Source of the DNA: Oligoflexales bacterium
Lineage (GTDB): Bacteria; Bdellovibrionota_B; Oligoflexia; Oligoflexales; Oligoflexaceae
Direction: 5' to 3'
DNA length: 64,000 bases
NCBI GenBank assembly: GCA_050251195.1
Contig: JBFWNG010000013.1
Span: forward strand, 15,331 to 79,330
The stretch's first letter is position 1, and the number at the start of each line of letters is the position of its first letter. The translations under genes were made by a program, and so were the position numbers. The notes beneath the pieces were generated by a model, which saw nothing but the letters and a program-made list of their open reading frames with translations, was not told the origin of the DNA and did not search any database. This document shows positions 1 to 9,247 of the stretch, piece after piece.

Positions 1-991
1 CGCCAAGGAAGAGTATGGGTTCGTCAAGGTAGTCGAGAGCAAGCGCACATGCTTGTTCGTAGATGGTTCCCTGGATACGTTTCCGTTCTTCGTTGCAAGA
101 TTCCATGTTTTGGATGAGTCCTTCCGGATCATCGTCGGTAAAGGCTCGGATAATGGAATCGGCGTGTTGAAGGCGCCCTACAGCGTTTATGCGCGGTCCG
201 ACCCGAAATCCTACATCCTTTTCGTCAAGTCCTTCCTCAAGGGCGCAGGCCTCTCGAAGCTTTGTAAGGATGGGGCGTTTGCTAGACAGAAGCGCTTTAA
301 CGCCGAGTTGCACGAGTTTGTGGTTGACCTGGTTGAGCGGTACAATGTCGCAGATTGTCGCAATGCCCGTCAGGGCCAAAATATCCGTCCAAACGGCGTT
401 AGGAATGTTGAAGTGGACACCCAGTTGTCGCAGGAGCACAAACGTGATACCGCAACCGCAAAGTTCCTGATAGTTTTCGTCGGGATGGAGTTTGGGGTTC
501 ACAATGATACTGTCCGGCATTTTGTCGGGCTGAATCTTGTGATGATCCGTGCAAATAAACTGCACCCCATGCGCTTTGCAGTACGCAGCCTCTTCGTTCG
601 CCGTAATTCCGGTATCCATTGTTATGATAACGTCCGCATTCTCATTTTGAACGAGATGCTGGATCGCTTTCATGTTGAGCCCGTAGCCCTCGCTCATCCG
701 GCAAGGTATATAGTGTAAGTAGTTGCGGAAGCCTATTGCATTAAAAAACCACATCCAACTCACACAGCTCATGGTGCCGTCGACGTCGTAATCGGCATAG
801 AGGGCGATCCTTTTTTCCTGCTCGATGGCTTGCAGAATAGTTTCGCAAGCATCATTTAATCCGTGATTGCCGTAATTGAGACCGTCGGCGGATGTAAAAT
901 TGCGGTTGGCTCTAATAATATGAGAAACATCAAAGACATTTTTTGGGTCTTTGTTAGAGCGTTTTTGCCAAATGTCAAATTTTGACCCCAA
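1..991 (-). CDS. recJ: Single-stranded-DNA-specific exonuclease RecJ, N-terminal ~330 codons (gene continues beyond left window edge)
   Basis: Not in the ORF track because no stop lies inside the window. The reverse-strand translation reads ...RIALYADYDVDGTMSCVSW...VIITMDTGITANEE...FICTDHHK...GFRVGPRINAVGRL..., which are DHH-family RecJ motifs. The only plausible start is TTG at 991, preceded by GGGAG about 9 nt upstream, with an in-frame TAA a further 14 codons upstream. Confidence 0.8.
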   Translation of the reverse strand, partial: MGSKFDIWQKRSNKDPKNVFDVSHIIRANRNFTSADGLNYGNHGLNDACETILQAIEQEKRIALYADYDVDGTMSCVSWMWFFNAIGFRNYLHYIPCRMSEGYGLNMKAIQHLVQNENADVIITMDTGITANEEAAYCKAHGVQFICTDHHKIQPDKMPDSIIVNPKLHPDENYQELCGCGITFVLLRQLGVHFNIPNAVWTDILALTGIATICDIVPLNQVNHKLVQLGVKALLSSKRPILTKLREACALEEGLDEKDVGFRVGPRINAVGRLQHADSIIRAFTDDDPEGLIQNMESCNEERKRIQGTIYEQACALALDYLDEPILFLG

Positions 992-1190
992 GTGTCGCGA
1001 TCTCCCGTATTTGTATTCTTTGTTTTGTAGCGATTATTTTGCCAAGCCTCAACTGATAATGGAACGGACAGGTGTTTTTTTATTTTTTTCGAAAAAAGAT
1101 CTAAAGCCCGGACCTCTTCCGTCGAAAAGTTGGATGAATTCTTATTAACGCTGTAGTGAGCCTAAAAGAAAGTTTTAGGAGGTTCTTCTT

Positions 1191-2009
1191 ATGAAACTTG
1201 GGATTGTAAAACATTGTCTAATAGTAGGAGTGATCCCTTTCCTGATGTGGGCGTGTTCTTCAGACCCGCAAGCGACGCAATCTGCGCAGGGCGAAGTTGA
1301 ACCGTCAACGGAGGAAGGTGCCGCTGCACCTGACGATAGCGGTGCGCAAGGAGATGCTGCCGAAGGCGGAGGAGACAACTACGGAGGTGAAGGCGAAAAT
1401 AATTACGGTGCGAATTATTCTGACAACGCAGCTTCGAATGAAGCGGCAAACGAAAATAGTGAAGAAGGTGGCGAGGAAGTAAACAGCACAGGTGATGAAT
1501 TTGCGGCAGGAGGAAATTACGGCGTCAACAGTACCGCTAACGCAACTGCTAGTGGAAACGAAGCCGTGGACTTCAACAATCAAGGTTACAATGCTGGTTT
1601 GGCAGCAGGCGACCCGAGTGGCGAGGGCGTTAACAGCGCGCCTGCCGATCCGTATGCTGATCCCGGTGCAACTTCTGTTGGCTATAATGCTGCTCCTTAC
1701 AACGCTCCCGCGACCGACGCAGCCGTGCCTGCGGCGACTCCTACTCCGGATATGGCGGCCGCTGCAGTACCGGCAGCTCCTGCTACTTATCAAATGGGAG
1801 GCGTCGTTCGGTATGTTTTAGCAGGTGGTGTTGATCTATACAACGCCGCGGGGAGCGGCACGGTTGTTGGAAGACTCGAGCAAGGTGATCATCCCCTCGT
1901 ATGGGAAGAGAACCAATGGGCGCGAACTTCAGATGGCTTTTATGTTCCCTCGACCAATCTTACCGACAATGGGGTAGGTCGCGCGAAACAACCGGCGATT
2001 TGGCGCTAA
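1191..2009 (+). CDS. Lipoprotein with a low-complexity N/A/G/E-rich linker and a C-terminal bacterial SH3 (SH3b)-like domain
   Basis: AGGAGG lies 8 nt before the ATG. The signal peptide has lipobox L-M-W-A-C. The C-terminal VDLYNAAGSGTVVGRLEQGDHPLVWEENQWARTSDGFYVP fits the SH3_3 pattern. Confidence 0.7.
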   Translation: MKLGIVKHCLIVGVIPFLMWACSSDPQATQSAQGEVEPSTEEGAAAPDDSGAQGDAAEGGGDNYGGEGENNYGANYSDNAASNEAANENSEEGGEEVNSTGDEFAAGGNYGVNSTANATASGNEAVDFNNQGYNAGLAAGDPSGEGVNSAPADPYADPGATSVGYNAAPYNAPATDAAVPAATPTPDMAAAAVPAAPATYQMGGVVRYVLAGGVDLYNAAGSGTVVGRLEQGDHPLVWEENQWARTSDGFYVPSTNLTDNGVGRAKQPAIWR

Positions 2010-2058
2010 GTTTGCAAAAAGACCAAGCGGACTCGCTAATTTTAGGTTATAATACCCT

Positions 2059-3330
2059 ATGATGAAGATATTGAGCAGGCAGGTAGTTTTCCTTTTCCTC
2101 GTTTTTGTCTCCCTTCAGGGCTGTGACAAGCAGGAAATGGGCATTCAGAGTGCGAGCGTAGCGAAAGCTGACGATACTCCAGCCCCACCCAAAGATCCTC
2201 CGCTTGTCATTACCCAGCACATAATGAAAAGAGGAACAACCGCTTACGACGCCATACGGTCCACAGGGTTGCCTCCGAAAACTGTGTACGAACTCCTAAC
2301 TATCGCCAAAGACGTTTCCCCTTTAGACAATCTAAAGGAAGGTACTATTTTCAAGGCTCTTTGGTCTGACCAAAACCAATCCGAACTCAAAAAAATCGTG
2401 GTAGAAAGAACGCCTACGGAAGATCTGGTGTTCGAGACAAACGGATTGAATTGGTATGCTACAACAGTCAAACACCCAGAAACGGTGGAGGTTGTTACCT
2501 ACACTAATGAAGTGGAAAACAGCTTATGGGATTCCGCAAGCGAAGTAGGAATGGATCACGTGTTGATCACTCAACTCGCAGAAATCTTCGCTTGGCAAGT
2601 CGACTTTAACCGAGAAGTTCGGAGTGGTGACCGCTGGCGGATCGTTGTTGAGAAGAGGGTCGCCAAAGGCCGCCAAGTAGGTTGGGGCAATATCTTAGCC
2701 GCAGAATATGAAAACCTGGGAGAAGTTTTCCAGGCAATCCGATTCCCGCAACAAGGTAGTCCGGCTTCGTATTATGAAGCTGACGGCTCAAGCATGCGCA
2801 AAATGTTTCTCAAGAGCCCGATGCGGTTTGGTCGTATCACTTCTCCTTTTACTGGGAAGCGATTTCACCCTGTGCTGAAGTACTATAGGCCGCATAACGG
2901 CGTCGACTATGCCGCTCCTGTCGGTACTCCTATCATGGCTGTCGGCGGTGGCAAGATTGTGGAAATCGGAACTTACGGCGCCCAAGGAAAGAAGATCACA
3001 ATCCGACACAATTCCGTATACAAGACCTCCTATCTTCATATGAACGGCTTTGCAAAGGGTCTTAAGAACGGCGCTAAAGTGGAGCAGGGGCAGATCATTG
3101 GTTACGTTGGTACCACCGGCTTAACCACTGGACCGCATCTGCATTTTGCGTTCTTTGAAAGAGGAGTTTATGTGGATCCGCTTGGGATGAAGTTTCCTTC
3201 AGCAGATCCTGTTGATGAAGATAAAATAGAAGACTTCAGAAAAATTACAGCTGCTGTTCTTGCTCTGCTTCCGGACTGGAAGGTTGCGAGTAACGACCGT
3301 ATCGTGCCGCGAGTTTTGGCGCCGAATTAA
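2059..3330 (+). CDS. M23 family (LytM-type) metallopeptidase lipoprotein, MepM/NlpD-like
   Basis: Lipobox SLQGC. Catalytic motifs HNGVDYAAPVGTPIMAV and GTTGLTTGPHLHFAF are present. The N-terminal region is OapA/LysM-like. Confidence 0.9.
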   Translation: MMKILSRQVVFLFLVFVSLQGCDKQEMGIQSASVAKADDTPAPPKDPPLVITQHIMKRGTTAYDAIRSTGLPPKTVYELLTIAKDVSPLDNLKEGTIFKALWSDQNQSELKKIVVERTPTEDLVFETNGLNWYATTVKHPETVEVVTYTNEVENSLWDSASEVGMDHVLITQLAEIFAWQVDFNREVRSGDRWRIVVEKRVAKGRQVGWGNILAAEYENLGEVFQAIRFPQQGSPASYYEADGSSMRKMFLKSPMRFGRITSPFTGKRFHPVLKYYRPHNGVDYAAPVGTPIMAVGGGKIVEIGTYGAQGKKITIRHNSVYKTSYLHMNGFAKGLKNGAKVEQGQIIGYVGTTGLTTGPHLHFAFFERGVYVDPLGMKFPSADPVDEDKIEDFRKITAAVLALLPDWKVASNDRIVPRVLAPN

Positions 3331-3665
3331 TGCAAACACTTTTGTGCTGACATTTCATCTGACGATTTGTCAGTCGCGGATACGCGCGTCGTTTTGCGTT
3401 TAAAGATGCAATAGTTCGCAACGTCATAAGCGTAGGGGTAAAACGATTGACCATCTTCAAGATAGACGATGGGTCCGTAGGTTACGCTGTCAGACGGACA
3501 AGAAGTTAATTCCCAGCAATCTCTTCCCAATTGATTAAGGTATTCGACGCTCATAGTTTCGGGAGTATTTATCACCTTCAGATACTCCCAAGATTGCGCT
3601 TGACCCGTCATTGATATGGATAGAGCGGACATTGCAAGTAGTAGCTTAAGAACTTTGTGCTTCAT
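3327..3665 (-). CDS. Small secreted protein, DUF4177-like
   Basis: Signal peptide (ALSISMTGQAQS). WEY...YLNQLGRDCWEL...IFKRK resembles the DUF4177 pattern. Convergent with the M23 gene, overlapping it by 4 nt. Confidence 0.5.
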   Translation of the reverse strand: MKHKVLKLLLAMSALSISMTGQAQSWEYLKVINTPETMSVEYLNQLGRDCWELTSCPSDSVTYGPIVYLEDGQSFYPYAYDVANYCIFKRKTTRVSATDKSSDEMSAQKCLH

Positions 3666-3689
3666 GATTGCTCCGGTTTTTTAGTCTTA

Positions 3690-3723
3690 AATCGGTGCAG
3701 AGACTAAGATCTCTGCACCGATT
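3690..3723 (-). terminator. Hairpin downstream of the collagen-like gene (14-bp perfect stem, 6-nt loop)
   Basis: AATCGGTGCAGAGA (3690-3703) pairs with TCTCTGCACCGATT (3710-3723). On the minus strand it is followed by TTTAAGACTAAAAAA, a weak U-tract. Confidence 0.45.
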
Positions 3724-3729
3724 GCGTTG

Positions 3730-6570
3730 TTAACGTGTCTTTGGGTTGTTTGGCACTGTTGACGTTGGTGCGAACAGCGCGTTGCCTATTTTGAGCAGAT
3801 TGCCTTGCCAGCAGATGACTTGGGCTCCTGTGCAAGCCGGGATCGTGCCGCCAACGGAACCAATGTCGCTTGGGCCTGCAGGTCCTTGAGGTCCTGTTTC
3901 ACCTTGTGGTCCTCGCTCTCCTCGGTCGCCTTTCGGCCCTTGAGGTCCGGCTGGCCCAGCTGCACCTGTCTCACCGGCGACTCCTCGTTCACCTTTGTCG
4001 CCCTTGTCTCCTTTTGGACCTGGAACACCTTGAGGGCCAGCAGGTCCAATGTCGCCTTGCGCTCCTTTGACTCCTGCAGGTCCAACGTCGCCTTTTTCAC
4101 CCTTGGCTCCTTGTGGTCCCGCGTCGCCTTTAGCTCCTTGCAATCCGATGTCGCCTTTGTCGCCTTTAGCGCCGGCAGGTCCCGCGACTCCCCCAGGTCC
4201 TTGAGGTCCAGCAGCTCCTTGGTCACCCTTGTCGCCTTTTGGTCCCATTGCGCCCGCATCGCCTTTGAGGCCTTGTGGTCCAACTGCGCCCGTCGCGCCT
4301 TTTGGTCCAATCTCGCCTTGTTCACCTTTGTCGCCCTTTTCGCCTTTCAAACCTTGCGGTCCAGCATCGCCTTGATCGCCTTTAGGGCCTTGAGCTCCTT
4401 TAGCTCCCGCCGGGCCAACGTCACCCTTCAGTCCTTGCGGTCCTGCAGGTCCTGCGTCGCCTTTAGGACCCGCTGGTCCTACTTCGCCTTTCGGTCCTAT
4501 CGCGCCTTGAGGTCCAGCTTCACCGCGTTCGCCTTGAGGGCCGGCTTCGCCTTTTGGTCCTGCTGGACCAACTTCGCCTTTGTCACCCTTATCGCCCTTC
4601 ACACCTTGCTCGCCCTTTTCGCCCACTGGTCCTTTAGGTCCTTGAACTCCAGGGTCGCCTTTGGGCCCAACCTCGCCTTGCGGTCCGGTTTCGCCTTTGT
4701 CGCCTTTTTCGCCTTTTGGTCCTCTTTCGCCTTGCGGTCCTGGCGATCCGTCAGCACCGGGTATACCTTGCGTTCCAATCGGTCCGGTGGGCCCTTGAAT
4801 CCCTTGCGGTCCTCTAGGTCCGACATCGCCTTTTTCACCTTGTGGTCCGGTATCGCCTTTAGGGCCAATGTCGCCCTTGAGACCTTTTTGTCCTGGGGCT
4901 CCCGTGTCGCCTTTTGGTCCTGGGAGACCCTGTGCTCCCGCAGGTCCTTGAGGTCCCGAAGGTCCTTCCGGCCCAACGGCTCCTATTGGCCCTGCTTCCC
5001 CTTTTTCTCCCTTTTCGCCTTGCGGCCCGGCAGCGCCGACGTCACCTTTTTCACCTTTATCGCCTTGTGGGCCTTTAAGTCCTATATCGCCTTTTTCACC
5101 TTTTTCGCCTTGAGGACCTGCATCGCCTTTATCGCCTTTTTCACCTTTAGCACCTTGTGGTCCCACTTCGCCTTTTTCGCCTTGCGGTCCTTGAGGGCCA
5201 ATGGGTCCCACTTCGCCTTGCTCGCCTTTAGGTCCCGCAGGTCCTTTTTCCCCTTGCGGTCCATTTTCGCCCTGTGGTCCGCGTTCGCCCCTTGCTCCTT
5301 GCGGGCCTGCTTCGCCTTGCGGTCCTGCAGGTCCTATTTCACCTTTGTCGCCCTTTGGTCCATCTGGACCAGCCGGACCTTGTTGTCCTTTTTCACCTTG
5401 CGGCCCCCGTTCGCCTTGTGGGCCCTTCTCGCCTTGAGGTCCTCGCTCACCTTGCGGTCCGCGTTCGCCTTGCGGGCCGTTTTCACCTTTGTCGCCCTTT
5501 GGACCTGCGGGCCCCATTTCGCCTTTGTCACCCTTGGGTCCAACGTCGCCTTTGGGCCCTTGCTCACCCTGTGGTCCGCGTTCGCCCTTCGGGCCTATCG
5601 GTCCAACGTCGCCTTTAGGACCAACTTCGCCTTGTGGGCCTCGTTGCCCTGTTTGACCTTGAGGTCCGCGCGGTCCCTGAGGGCCCGCTAAACCTTGTAT
5701 ACCTTGCGGGCCGACTTCGCCCTGCATACCCAAATCACCTTTGTCACCTTTCGGTCCTGCAATACCTTGTGGTCCGCGGTCTCCGGCATCGCCCTTGTCT
5801 CCCTTAGGTCCTTGAGGGCCCAATTCACCTTGAGGTCCGCGCGGTCCTTGCGGTCCCATGGGGCCTTCTTTTCCGCCGCCGAAACCATTATAAATAGGAA
5901 CAATCTCTGTACGTCCCCCCGATGTTAGTTTTGCGCGGAGATCATTGAGAGGTTTTTCTTTCAGAGAATCAGGAACAGGAGCTTCGTCGCCAATGTAGAA
6001 TGCAAGTTTGCAAGTGTTGTCGACAATGACCTTGTGGATTTCTGGACCCCACAAAACTTTGGAACTGGCAGCGTCGACAATTTCTACTTTGTAGCTTTGT
6101 TGATTCCGGCACGTCACTGGACCACTGCCGCAGTCACAACTGCCTTTGACAAGGAGGCTTGCTTTACCTTGGTTCTGTTCAAACTTGTAGCCTTTGGCTT
6201 CGAGTTCTTCAAACCGGGCGTTTTCCACAATGCTTGGTTCGCCCGTATCGAGTTTGCCGTTTTGATTGAAGTCAATACCTAGGCTGACGCGGCCGTAATC
6301 TGGGTCGACGTCAACTTTGATGTCTCCTTTGATTCGTGTGCCGAATCGCGTCGCGAAAGACTTCAAATGGCTGATGTCAACGGATGGGTAAATTACCTCA
6401 CCCTCCTGCATGACGAGAATACGATATTGAAGATCATAGACGTCGAGGTCTTGAAATTCGTAATCAACCGAGAAACTCAGTTCGTCTGCAAGCACAGATT
6501 GCGAGCACAACATCGCGTACGCGAAAGCGCTCGCCGCAAAAAAATCATAAAGCCGCCTGAGATGTCGCAT
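3730..6570 (-). CDS. Secreted collagen-like (Gly-X-Y triple-helix repeat) protein, 946 aa
   Basis: Signal peptide, then a roughly 200-aa Cys-containing N-domain, then Gly at every third residue from aa 233 to 901, then a 46-aa C-terminal tail with two Cys. Confidence 0.9.
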   Translation of the reverse strand: MRHLRRLYDFFAASAFAYAMLCSQSVLADELSFSVDYEFQDLDVYDLQYRILVMQEGEVIYPSVDISHLKSFATRFGTRIKGDIKVDVDPDYGRVSLGIDFNQNGKLDTGEPSIVENARFEELEAKGYKFEQNQGKASLLVKGSCDCGSGPVTCRNQQSYKVEIVDAASSKVLWGPEIHKVIVDNTCKLAFYIGDEAPVPDSLKEKPLNDLRAKLTSGGRTEIVPIYNGFGGGKEGPMGPQGPRGPQGELGPQGPKGDKGDAGDRGPQGIAGPKGDKGDLGMQGEVGPQGIQGLAGPQGPRGPQGQTGQRGPQGEVGPKGDVGPIGPKGERGPQGEQGPKGDVGPKGDKGEMGPAGPKGDKGENGPQGERGPQGERGPQGEKGPQGERGPQGEKGQQGPAGPDGPKGDKGEIGPAGPQGEAGPQGARGERGPQGENGPQGEKGPAGPKGEQGEVGPIGPQGPQGEKGEVGPQGAKGEKGDKGDAGPQGEKGEKGDIGLKGPQGDKGEKGDVGAAGPQGEKGEKGEAGPIGAVGPEGPSGPQGPAGAQGLPGPKGDTGAPGQKGLKGDIGPKGDTGPQGEKGDVGPRGPQGIQGPTGPIGTQGIPGADGSPGPQGERGPKGEKGDKGETGPQGEVGPKGDPGVQGPKGPVGEKGEQGVKGDKGDKGEVGPAGPKGEAGPQGERGEAGPQGAIGPKGEVGPAGPKGDAGPAGPQGLKGDVGPAGAKGAQGPKGDQGDAGPQGLKGEKGDKGEQGEIGPKGATGAVGPQGLKGDAGAMGPKGDKGDQGAAGPQGPGGVAGPAGAKGDKGDIGLQGAKGDAGPQGAKGEKGDVGPAGVKGAQGDIGPAGPQGVPGPKGDKGDKGERGVAGETGAAGPAGPQGPKGDRGERGPQGETGPQGPAGPSDIGSVGGTIPACTGAQVICWQGNLLKIGNALFAPTSTVPNNPKTR
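3868..5874 (-). repeat. Gly-X-Y coding repeat, about 223 triplets with no interruption found
   Basis: [15 protein letters not shown] triplets throughout. This periodicity also produces long stop-free antisense and off-frame ORFs in the track. Confidence 0.9.
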
Positions 6571-7008
6571 GAAAGCCGTCTCCTATCGTTCGAAAACTGA
6601 TTAAACTGCAAATGGAGGTACACATTTAGTCTAATGAAAAACCTTCTAAAAGCCTAGACGCGCAAGAAGGGCGGGCTAGGAAGAATGCTCCTATTGCTTC
6701 ACGAACAGAGATTTTTCGAATGGTTTTGGACAAATAGCGATATGTCAGAGCTGCTTAGATTAAGAAAAGATAAACTGACTCTAAACCCCTTAAAACATGA
6801 GTTCATTCATACGTCATTCTTACTTGCCCCATTGCAAAAAAATTACGCGGCGCAACTCCCGATAAAGGAAAGCAAAAGCCTAAGATTACTGGACAAATAA
6901 AAAAGTTCTTTGGGGATTTAACTTTTGTTTTTTTGATTCCGACAAACTGCCAGAGATAAACGGACCACAGGTAGTGGCCTTATTCACATTTTTAGTGGAA
7001 CAAAGACC

Positions 7009-9189
7009 ATGAAAAACATCTTTAAGCTTAAGACTCTTATTGCTACGTGTTTCATGTTTGTGAGCTGCGGCCGGGAAGCCGAGTTTGTCGATAACAAAGT
7101 CCCGGTTAAGGAGCTCACACCCGAGGAACAGGCCGACCTTGAGCGCTCGATTGCCAAAGACTTCACGGCAGGCAAAATCAATGATCAAAAAATCGACTTC
7201 GATACGGGATTCAATGCAATCACGCAGAAGCTGACCTTCACGACCGGCTTGCCTACGGAAGAAATGTTTTTCCAAACGACCAGAACGCCTGTTAAGGACG
7301 CCTTTGTCCAAGGTCATGTCGGTACTTCATTGACAGAAAACTTTGCGGTTAAAGAGAGGGGCTTACTCGACATCATTATCGTGATGGACAACTCTCATAG
7401 CATGTCGAGTATGCAGGCTAAGACCGCAAGCCAAATCGCCGGTTTGTTGGCAGAGATCAGGAACACCAATTGGCAAATTGGAGTGGTGACGACGGAATCC
7501 AGCCGACTGCGATCAGCTAAGACGAGCGCGGGCATGACGATAAATTATGTAACGAAGAAATTTTATGACGAGAATACGGTCGATGCGATGACGGCTTTTA
7601 GTGACATGCTCAACGCGGGCACAAGCGGGCACACGGTCGAACAAGGAATTTTTATGGCCCGCAAGGCGCTCGACGGCGAATGCTGGTATCTAGATCGCAA
7701 TACGCCAGACGGCAAGCAAGTGCGTTGCGATGCCGATGATGCCACCTGGCTTCGACCCGAAGCAAATAAAGCCGTTATCATTATTTCTGACGAGCGAAAC
7801 TGCGGCAGCATCGGTACAGGCGACCCGAATCCATGTGCGGGAAGGCCCGGCGAAACTGCCGATTACCTCCTCGACGGACTGCCGCTGACAACAGTTATTC
7901 ATGGTCTCTTGTTCTTGAAGAACGACGGGGAAGCTGCTGAAGATTACCGTACCGACACGCGATTTATTTGCGACCCGGATAAGACGGGCTCTAACGGCCA
8001 GCAAAGACCAGTTGAATATGAAAAAGCTATTGCAGCCCATGGCGGCGTGGTCGAGTATATCTGTAACGCTGACTATACCAGCATGTTGCGGAAAATATCG
8101 AGCAACATTAACGCGCACATCAGGAAGCAATACGAACTTACCTACACACCTGACCCTGGGTCTTTGGTTGTTAAAGTTGACGGAGTGGCGACAACGGATT
8201 TCGAAGTTAGAGGCAACATTCTTGAACTTAAAAGCGTGAGCGACGGTTCGACCAATCTCGACGTAAATTATAAGCATGGCGCCGTTCCCGTAGAGAAAAC
8301 CTTCGACCTTTCTACGCGCCCAGCCAGCGAGACGCTGCAAGTGACGATCAATGGTAGCCCGGCGAGCCCCATGAGTTTTAAACTCTTCGGACAAAAAGTT
8401 CAGTTCAACGATTATCCGCCGGAAAAAGCGACGATCGAAGTAAGTTATCGCAAAGACGAACCACTCATCGATAAAGTAACGACTTCGTCGCAGTTTGCGG
8501 ACCATACTATTAAGATATCCGTTGCTGACAAACCATTTTCTGATTACACCGCGGACGGCTCCACACGTCTCGTGCAGTTCACTAAAGTTCCCAAAGACGG
8601 GGATGCTATCGTGATCAGATATCTCAAACCGTCTGACTTGCAAACGCGATATCCCGTCAACGTTGACCATACGAAAATAGAGGGAGTAACGGTGGTTGAC
8701 GATGTTTCTGGGGGCGATATATCCGCCGTGATTGAGGGGACGGAGATTGTTTTCCCAATGGAAGCTGTTGTTAACGACAGAAAAGTATCTGTCAGTTACG
8801 ACATGCAGCATTTGGGTGATGAGTTGAAGTTTTCCGTACCCTTAGCGGTTCCAGTGCTGGACGAAAAGGTGGATGTGTTTGCGGACGGGGGGCAATCGCG
8901 TTGCCAAAACATTATCGAGCTAACGTCCGAAAAGATAGGCATCCAATGTGAAGATGATGACGTCAAATTGTTGTCCGTCGAATATCAATACGTTACTGAG
9001 TATACCAATACGTTCACGATGGAAGGCGAGTTTCTCGATAGAAAAGTTTGGACTGTATTCGTGAACGACAAACTTTATGAGAACTACACGCGAACAGAGA
9101 ATACAATCACTATACCGGAAGAAGACTTGCCGCTCGGCGCGCGAGTCAGAATTCTCGTTGAGCCGGCGCCCGAGAATATTCGGGAGTAA
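7009..9189 (+). CDS. Lipoprotein with an N-terminal von Willebrand factor A (VWA) domain with MIDAS motif and a long beta-rich C-terminal region
   Basis: Lipobox FVSCG. The DxSxS motif is in IIIVMDNSHSM, followed by NAGTSGHTVEQG and AVIIISDERN, the pattern typical of VWA MIDAS. Confidence 0.8.
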   Translation: MKNIFKLKTLIATCFMFVSCGREAEFVDNKVPVKELTPEEQADLERSIAKDFTAGKINDQKIDFDTGFNAITQKLTFTTGLPTEEMFFQTTRTPVKDAFVQGHVGTSLTENFAVKERGLLDIIIVMDNSHSMSSMQAKTASQIAGLLAEIRNTNWQIGVVTTESSRLRSAKTSAGMTINYVTKKFYDENTVDAMTAFSDMLNAGTSGHTVEQGIFMARKALDGECWYLDRNTPDGKQVRCDADDATWLRPEANKAVIIISDERNCGSIGTGDPNPCAGRPGETADYLLDGLPLTTVIHGLLFLKNDGEAAEDYRTDTRFICDPDKTGSNGQQRPVEYEKAIAAHGGVVEYICNADYTSMLRKISSNINAHIRKQYELTYTPDPGSLVVKVDGVATTDFEVRGNILELKSVSDGSTNLDVNYKHGAVPVEKTFDLSTRPASETLQVTINGSPASPMSFKLFGQKVQFNDYPPEKATIEVSYRKDEPLIDKVTTSSQFADHTIKISVADKPFSDYTADGSTRLVQFTKVPKDGDAIVIRYLKPSDLQTRYPVNVDHTKIEGVTVVDDVSGGDISAVIEGTEIVFPMEAVVNDRKVSVSYDMQHLGDELKFSVPLAVPVLDEKVDVFADGGQSRCQNIIELTSEKIGIQCEDDDVKLLSVEYQYVTEYTNTFTMEGEFLDRKVWTVFVNDKLYENYTRTENTITIPEEDLPLGARVRILVEPAPENIRE

Positions 9190-9217
9190 TCGACGAGATC
9201 CTTCACCTACGTTGATT

Positions 9218-9243
9218 AACCGTGACGCTTAGGCGTCACGGTT
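9218..9243. terminator. Hairpin between convergent genes (11-bp stem, 4-nt loop)
   Basis: AACCGTGACGC-TTAG-GCGTCACGGTT, followed by TTCACTTATTT on the plus strand. It lies between the stops at 9189 (+) and 9248 (-). Confidence 0.5.
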
Positions 9244-9247
9244 TCAC

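Noticed and set aside
3805-5691. A 628-aa plus-strand ORF, plus several ORFs of 60-180 aa on both strands, inside the collagen-like gene.
   Set aside because: They are by-products of the Gly-X-Y (GGN CCN NNN) periodicity, which removes stop codons from the antisense and shifted frames. Their translations are low-complexity (FALRS…, KATKA…) and have no start context.
3730-6570. The collagen-like gene as eukaryotic contamination or an assembly chimera.
   Set aside because: It has a bacterial-type signal peptide and a hairpin terminator, and it has no introns. It is flanked on both sides by typical bacterial lipoprotein genes on a continuous sequence. Only the repeat length still needs read-level confirmation.
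7690-8811. 373-aa minus-strand ORF inside the VWA lipoprotein gene.
   Set aside because: It has no motifs and lies entirely antisense to a gene with clear lipobox and MIDAS features.
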